Source of the DNA: Chrysomallon squamiferum
Lineage: Eukaryota > Animalia > Mollusca
Reading direction: 5' to 3'
Assembly: GCA_012295275.1 (NCBI GenBank)
Contig: CM022678.1
Coordinates: 868,001 to 932,000, forward strand
Length of the DNA stretch: 64,000 nt
Shown: positions 50,601-64,000 of the stretch, in pieces
How positions within the stretch are numbered: the stretch's first letter is position 1
Layout of the letters: each line of letters opens with the position of its first letter
Position numbers and translations under genes: made by a program
The notes under the pieces: generated by a model
What the model was told of the DNA's origin: nothing
Database searches by the model: none
The model's input: only the letters and a program-made list of their open reading frames with translations

Positions 50601-53600
50601 GTAAATAGAAAAATACTTTATATTTTTCATTATTCAAAGATGGATCACATACACAGTAAGAAACAGCTGTTAAAAGAGGAGTTTGACCTTCGCTGTTTCT
50701 AACATTTACATCAAAACCTTTTTCAATCAGTGCTTTCACAGTTTCTATATTTCCAAATTCAGCTGCTTTGTGTAAAACAGAATTGTTATCATTGTCTGTT
50801 AAATTAGGATCAGCTCCATGTTCCAGTAAATACAAAAATACTTTACAGCTTTCATCCATCAGTGATGGATCAAGTACACATGCAAAAAGAGTGTAAAAAA
50901 GAGGAGTTTGATCTTGTCTGCTTCTAATATTTATATCAAAACCTTTCTCAATCAGTGCTGTCATGAGTTCTATATTTCCAGTTAGAGCTGCTATGTGTAA
51001 AACAGAAATATTATTGTTTGTTAAATTAGAATCAGCTCCGTGCTCCAGTAAATAGAAAACTATTTTTGTCTGTTTAGCCTCAACAGCTATAAAAACAGGT
51101 GTTACACCTAGGCTGTTTCTAATATTCACATCAACACCTTTTTCAATCACTGCTTTCACAATTTCTATATTTCCAAATGCAGCTGCAAGGTGTAAAATAG
51201 AATTGTTATCATTGTCTGTCATGTTAGGATCAGCTCCATGTTCCAGTAAATACAAAGCTACTTTACATTTTTCATCCCTCAGAGACGGATGAAGTTGATT
51301 GTGAGTAAGAGCTGTAAAAAGAGGACTTTCACCTTGGCTGTTTTTGATATTCATGTCAACACCATTTTCAATCAGTCTTGTCACAAATTCTATATTCCCA
51401 TATTTAGCTGCTTCGTGCAAAATAGAATTGTTATCACTGTCTGCTTTATTAATATCAGCTCCATGTCCAAATAAATACCAAATTACTGTGCTATTACGAG
51501 AGAATACAGCTTTAAAAAGAGGAGTTTCACCTCTTCTGTTTCCAATATTTACATCACAACCTTTTTCAGTCAGTGCGGTCACAATTTTTATATTTCCATA
51601 TTTAGCTGCTAGGTGTAAAACAGAATTTTTATCTTTGTCTGTTAAAGTAGGATCAGCTCCTTTTTCTAGTAAGTACGAAGCTATTTCCCGTCTGTTGGTG
51701 TTTAAGGATATAAAAAGAGGAGTTTCACCTGCAGTGTTTCTTACATTTATTTCAACGCCTTTTTTTATTATGTTTTTCACCACATCTATGTCAATTTGAG
51801 ATGCTATGTGCAATGCTGTATTTTTTCGTGTATCTTTCATGTTAATATCTGCATCATTTTCTAGTAACAACAAAGCTATTTCCTTTCTGTGTGTCACTGC
51901 TTTTACAGTTTCATGAAGTGGAGTTTCTCCCTCACTGTTTACTGCATTAACATCAGCTTTTCTCTTTATCAATGACTTTATCATATCTAAGTCACCACGC
52001 AGAACTGAAATGTGGAGAGGTGAGTCTGAAGTCAACATTTCCACTTCAGTTTCCTCTTTAAACAATTGAACCAAATTCTTGTTAACAGCTACATTCACAT
52101 TAGGATCAGCTCCTTTGTCAAGAAGACACTGAACAACATCTGCACTGTTAAACATCACTGCTACTTTCAGTACTTCACTTTTCTTCCAGTTGTTCTCATC
52201 TGTGTCATTACATCTCTGCTCAATGAGAAAATTCACTGTATCAATACATCCCCACATTGCTGCTGCTAAAAGTACTTTATCTCTGTTCTCTTCATTTATA
52301 CAATCAGGTTTCAGTCTTACTATTTCTTTTAGAACACTTGAAGTACTCTGACCAGCAGCAATGACAGCAATGTCTTTATTTTTGTTTATTATATCAATGG
52401 TAACAAGTTTCTTAAACAGAAGGCTTACATCGACTTTAAACGTCTTTGATTTTCCCAGATACTTCTCAATCACCTTTTTATGTCCATAGAACCTAACCAG
52501 TATGAGTTTTACAGCTTCTTCCTTGATTTCACTGTTGTTTTTCTCATTGTTTATCATGTCAGCCAACAGACAGGAAATGTTCATGTTACTTCTAACGATT
52601 GAAATATCTAACATGCGAGAATACATATTCAGTTTCATGTCCTTTTTATACTTTAGCAACTCTCTGAGTATGGTATCACTGTCTGTTTTTGAACAAGCAG
52701 CTGCAATCAGTGTATCAAATGATGGAATAACACCTGATTTTAGCAATATTCCCACAACATCTTCATCACCAAACAAACAAGAAATATCCATAAGTTCTTT
52801 TTTCATGTCTATTAAGTCCGTTTCAAACAGTTTTGATGCAAAAAATCTTGATATTATCGTTTTAAGCAGTTTTGAACATTCCATCTGACACAGTTTTGAT
52901 GTGAAATATTTTGACAATGTTCTATGTCTGTTTGCAATACACTCACTTGCAACAGATTTTGAATTTATAACATTTCCTTCAAGATTGAAAGGAAATCCAT
53001 ACCTAGAATCATTGTCAACAATATTTGAAATATCATTAATAATTTCAGTTGAGTTTACATGTACAGATGATATATAAGAATATTGCTTTTGACGTTCTCC
53101 AGATAGTCTTTGCTGTAAGATTTCAGACAACCTACCATAAAACTGTTTTTCTTCTATGAGGTATTTTAGAAACTCTTCATCTTTCAGAGATGGATGTGAA
53201 ATAATTTCTATGAAATTGTCTGATGCCAACAAGTCAGTAAATCTGCGAGCAAGAACATCAAAGCAGTTAGGTCTCACAGTCATTGTAATGTGACTTTTGT
53301 TAGACACTCCAGGCGTCACAACATATTCTAACAACATGGAGACAGGACACACTTCTAGCAACTCTGCTGCTTTCTTTGGAAACTCTGATGAAAATATCAG
53401 AAACAAACAGTCAAACACTGACTGGTGAATAAATGTGTATTTATTGTCAAAACACTTCAAATAGGTACCACACATTACATCAGCTGTTTTCATTACATCT
53501 ATAAGATCAGTGTTTTTTACACTCTCGCAGACTTGCTCTAGCTGTCTTACTAATTTCATTATGTCACTGTCAGCGTCATTTTCAAATGGGTCCAGTGAAT

Positions 53601-54300
53601 CAATGCTGAGACTGCCTTCTTTGAACAAAATCAGCAAAAGAACTAGATATTTGATTTGTGAAGATTTGTCATCTTTCAAATTTTCCAGCTGTACTTTGAG
53701 ATATTCTACAGGATGCACAAAAAACTCAATTCCTAATTTTTGTGCATCACTTAAATTAACATAATACACACACACCTGAGGAAATCCTAACTCTATACAT
53801 GAACTGAAAATGACAATCATTTTATCAGTTTCATCCATTGGAACATCCTTTTTTTTTAGATATTTGTTTAGAATTTCTTCCTGTTCATCATATTTCAGAC
53901 AACACTGATAACTCTGGAGATCAAGAACATGATTCTCATTAAACAGGTCAAATTCCTTCAAACTAGTATCACTTTCTGAATATATTTGTTTTCTTAAAGT
54001 AATAATACATTTCAAAGAACCATCCTGAACAAGATTCCAGATCACTGGAAATTTGAGTTTCCATGAGTCTATAAAATCTGAAACAAGATTAGTCTTACCA
54101 AATATATCATCAATGAGAACAACACATTTCTTATTTCCAGATAGAGAGATGTCACTGAATTCATAATGATGAGTCAGCAAGTAAGATTCTCCTATCTGTT
54201 CTTTTTCTATCTCTCTCATCATACTCAAAGCTAGAGTTGTCTTTCCTGAACCTGGACTTCCTATTACAATCACAACACCATTCTTCTTCAAAAGTGTCAA
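47637..54300 (-). CDS. NLR-like STAND NTPase (nSTAND3-like) with an expanded ankyrin array, copy 2; 5' end lost in the gap; +1 frameshift at ~48870-48875 (~2220 aa if fused)
   Basis: Walker A GSPGSGKTT, VVLIDD, ITLR, GFP and YTFIHQSVFD; close paralog of 3524-7002. The two ORFs (48844-54300 and 47637-48905) join if one A is removed from an A6 run that is A5 in sister repeats. Confidence 0.88.
48420..50880 (-). repeat. Coding tandem array of 225-bp (75 aa, two-ankyrin) units; ten near-identical copies
   Basis: The anchor GGAT(C/T)AC recurs at 48616, 48841, 49067, 49292, 49517, 49742, 49967, 50192, 50417 and 50642 (period 225; one interval of 226). Confidence 0.95.
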
Positions 54301-54500
54301 NNNNNNNNNNNNNNNNNNNNNNNNNNNNNNNNNNNNNNNNNNNNNNNNNNNNNNNNNNNNNNNNNNNNNNNNNNNNNNNNNNNNNNNNNNNNNNNNNNNN
54401 NNNNNNNNNNNNNNNNNNNNNNNNNNNNNNNNNNNNNNNNNNNNNNNNNNNNNNNNNNNNNNNNNNNNNNNNNNNNNNNNNNNNNNNNNNNNNNNNNNNN
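54301..54500. other. Assembly gap (200 N)
   Basis: Run of N. Confidence 1.
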
Positions 54501-55443
54501 GGTTCTACTACACGTTCCGCTCGGAGGTCGCCTGTAAACTGCTGCGGTTTATCAACACGCTGTGCTGCATGACGTCAATAGCCACGCTTGTCGTCATCGC
54601 TGTCGACAGATACCTGAAAGTGTGTCGACCTCTGAAAACTCAGATGACACTGAGGGAAGCAAAAATCTCCATAATTTGCATTTTGCTTTGCCGGTACCCT
54701 CTTCAGCTGGCCCGCCATTCTCATTAATGGAATCAGGACGGTAAAACGGAAGTACCGGGGCTTATGGGAAGGACTGCTCCACCAGCGACAGTATGACCAA
54801 TACTGTTTATCCTCTGACCTACCATGCGATACTTACTGTATGTTTCGTGATACTCACAATAACCCTGGCCGTGCTGTACAGTCTGATAGGTACAGCTGCT
54901 AGAAAGCACAGGCAATACATCAAAAATCAGCCGATATTGAAAAAGACAAATTTAGGTAAACGTTCAGTTTGTTCTCTTGAAAGTTCGTCCAGTGACCTCC
55001 GATTGACCCCTGATTCAGAGCAGGGTATATCTCACATTGGTAATACTGAAACCTGTGAAGGTCAGCATAATGAAGGTCAAGGCTGTAACACTCGGATTAG
55101 TAAGAATTGTGAAAAGTTGAAATCACGTCATAAACTGAAAGAGAAGTCCACGATTATTGGCTTCACCATCACCCTCGTTTTCATTCTCAGCTTTTTACCT
55201 TTTCTGTGTCTGATCGGTGCAAGGTCATTCTTCCCAAACTTCGACTACGATTTAAAAGGTGGCGCCCTGGTCGCCTTTAATGTATTCATCCGCTCCTACT
55301 TTGTAAATAGTGCGGCGAATCCTATTATTTATGGAGTGCTGAACGTTCGATTTCGCGAACAAACTATTCGATTGTTTAAACGACTGTGTTGTGTGAAATT
55401 TAAAAATGTTACCACTGTGAAACAGCAAACGTCGTCGTTGTAG
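54501..55443 (+). CDS. Partial intronless class A (rhodopsin-like) GPCR, TM3-TM7, with apparent frameshifts at ~54690-54770
   Basis: ACKLLRFINTLCCMTSIATLVVIAVDRYLKVCRP (TM3, DRY), FSWPAILING (TM4), ECL2 Cys, FILSFLPF (TM6) and NSAANPIIY (NPxxY). TM1-2 fall in the gap. Confidence 0.85.
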
Positions 55444-56395
55444 TGGTGTACTCTGTACAAACGTTCGTTTTTGTTCTGAGTACAGAACCTTGTAGCTTTA
55501 GTGCAAGAGTCGGTGCACAAAACGTCGTTATTGTTAAGTATTAAGTGCATGATGTCGTCGCTATTATATGTATGATACGAACAGGACAACGTCGTCGCTG
55601 TAGTAGAATTGTGAGTCATGGATTGTCGGATAACATATTCCAGTGCGGTGTGTAGTTAACAAACTACTTTTATTCGACACATGTAACAGATTACTGAGAA
55701 ATGCAGAACAAACTGCATAGAGAATATATAAAATAGAGACAGGTCTATTTTAGTGTACTCCAGAGTAGAAATCACAGAATGTAAATGAATGTACAGAAAT
55801 GGACGTCGACTGTAAATATGAACAGAACGTTCTTCTTCTTCTTCTTCTTCTTCATAACTTCGTCTTACTTCCTCTTTAGTTCCTTTTCTTTCGTCTTCAT
55901 TGTCTTTTTCTGTTGTTTAGTTATGTCTTATACGAATCACTGAATATTATAAAGACCTATATTAAAACATTTTGCACTTACGAATGAAGTAAATTCAAAA
56001 TTTGTTTTTATAATAAACATAAAAAGTAAATAACAGACGGTATATTGTTAGTGTTTTTAAAGTGATATACAGTCATACGCTTATGGATAAACACATACAC
56101 ATGTACATACATACACTCGTAGATGCATATACATGCATACATACATACAAACATACATGCATACGTACATAGATATGTACATAGCTGCACAGGCACAAAC
56201 ATTATCATTTATTTTATTTTATATATTGCTACTTTATTTTATTTTATTTTACTGTTTATTTATTTATTTATTTATTTATTTATCTGGGTGTTTTTATTAT
56301 TATTATTATTATTTTGTTGTTTTTGTAATAATGATGTAAGAGAGATAACTCTCTTCTGCCAGTTAAACTTACAATCACGTGGTTTAGTTGAGATA

Positions 56396-62244
<5,849 letters not shown>

Positions 62245-63464
62245 ATAGAAGCATGAAATTGTGATGTTAAATATGAAATCAGTGACTTGTACATTTTTGA
62301 TGGATGGTAAAAATGAATATTCAGTTTTAATTGTTGACATTTGCTGTTACGTTTCATTTATTTGTAGTTTTTTATTTTGTATTATTATATTTTTTTTTTC
62401 CTGGGGTTTATTATTATTATTATTATTATTATTACTGATGTAAAAAAAAATATGATTTGATATTTTTAATATTGTAACTTTTTTTTTATTAATATCATTA
62501 ATATTATGATTATTATTTTATGATCAAAAATCTTTTTATGTTGGTAGAATTGTGTGACAGCTTTACTAAAACAATTATGTGATAAAGATGTATTTGTTTA
62601 GTTGTTGTTGTTGTTTTATTTTACTTTTTATTCTTTTCATGTATATCATCGTACCAATATTATACAGTTATACTGTTATTTTTCACACCACATAACTTTT
62701 TGGTAAATTTGTCATCATCATCTGAGAGAAATCTGACAAGATGCAGTTTAGATATTTAAATAGATCACAGACAGCTCCATGTTTCTTACAGATTTTATAG
62801 AAAACTACTTCAGATCATTTTATTAGTGTTTTTAGCAAACCGTCTGAAACAAGGATTTACTGAATGAAAGTGTTATGATTAGTTAAATAAAACTTTCAGG
62901 AAGCACAACTGTAGATACAGACATACTGTAAAATTAACATGTCAGAATTCATTCAAGTAGTCGTTGTAGTCAGTACTGATATGACAAAGTATATATCATG
63001 TTATTCATTGTATCATTCAAAGTTGAAATGTTGCTTGAACTGAACATATGAAACTTGTCTGCTTTTATAATTTAATGACGTTCATACTATTTGTTTAAGT
63101 GTTATACATATTTTTTTATGTAATAATATGTTTTGTGACAAATAATTTACATTGCATCTTACAGCAGACAGCTGCATCTTTTCTTGACTCAATGCTGGCA
63201 GGCACTTTGTACACATCAGTTTTTCTTATACTAAACACAGAACACTTCTTCCCCCTATTACTTATAATCAGTTTCCATTGTATGTGATGAAATGTAACTA
63301 TTAATGATGATTCAAATTGAGTTTCTAGTGAAGACATCAGAATTTGTTTTAAATATAATCACAAAAAATTATAATGTTGTTTATAACTTTCTAGTGATCA
63401 GTTTCTTTATTTCAAATGTAAAACTCTGGCTTATAACTTTTTATTTTTGTTTTATTTTATTTTG

Positions 63465-63506
<42 letters not shown>

Positions 63507-64000
63507 CCATAAGAGGGTAATGCAAAAAAGAATTCAAAAATACTATTTTTGTTTCCTTAACTCAGAACATTTGTTTTCCTTCTCTTGCACCATTCACACA
63601 CAAATAATTGTTTTCAAGTTTGTTTTCTCTTGTAAAGAAGTGAAAAAGAAATCCCTCTAGTTGATTAATAACATAATCCTGTTATCTTGTTCTAAACAGT
63701 TGAATACATGATACAAATATTCCATCAGATGATGCAGGTGTAGTATTTTATTTATTTATTTTTTCCTGCCTCTTCTAATTTGTTCATGGAAGAAAATTTT
63801 ATTTTGCAAACAATTTTCAGTTTCTTCTATTACACAAGATATACAGAATGCTTGAAGCATGTTACAATTCTGTCTGTGTAAAGTTAAATTTTGCTTTTAG
63901 AAGACACAAAACTGTAGATACTGACACACTGTAAAAATTACTTACGTTTTGAAGTAATACTAACAATCTTAGCACTTAGCTGCCATCAGTTCTTCATTAT

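Noticed and set aside
62900-64000. Possible minus-strand exons near the window end (e.g. IRKTDVYKVPASIESRKDAAVC)
   Set aside because: I could not link them into a consistent frame or recognise a product.

Overview
AT-rich, intron-containing animal genomic DNA full of micro- and minisatellites. Gene content and repeats suggest a mollusc, probably a gastropod (inference). There is one 200-N scaffold gap at 54301-54500. In order, the window holds: (1) the 3' end of a CUB-domain single-pass membrane protein gene; (2) an NLR-like STAND NTPase (nSTAND3-type) plus ankyrin-repeat gene, with spliced N-terminal exons missing from the ORF track; (3) a small secreted Cys-rich protein gene, also missing from the ORF track, and a deleted partial duplicate of it; (4) a multi-exon MyD88 gene with a Tigger remnant in intron 1; (5) a FAM167-like exon with a premature stop; (6) a 4.7-kb TIR transposon with a 7-bp TSD; (7) a second STAND-ankyrin paralog with a homogenised 225-bp repeat array; and, after the gap, (8) a partial class A GPCR and (9) a 7-exon enoyl-CoA hydratase. 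The most interesting signal is a candidate innate-immune module. The first STAND-ANK protein has no death-fold domain but a short N-terminus with a RHIM/cRHIM-like Asn-rich motif. The second has near-identical ankyrin repeats that vary at ligand-contact positions. Both traits resemble fungal amyloid-signalling NLRs. The two genes flank MyD88, and copy 1 shares a non-coding donor-bearing element with the region upstream of MyD88. All gene models were built by eye from splice signals and frame consistency; no searches were run.
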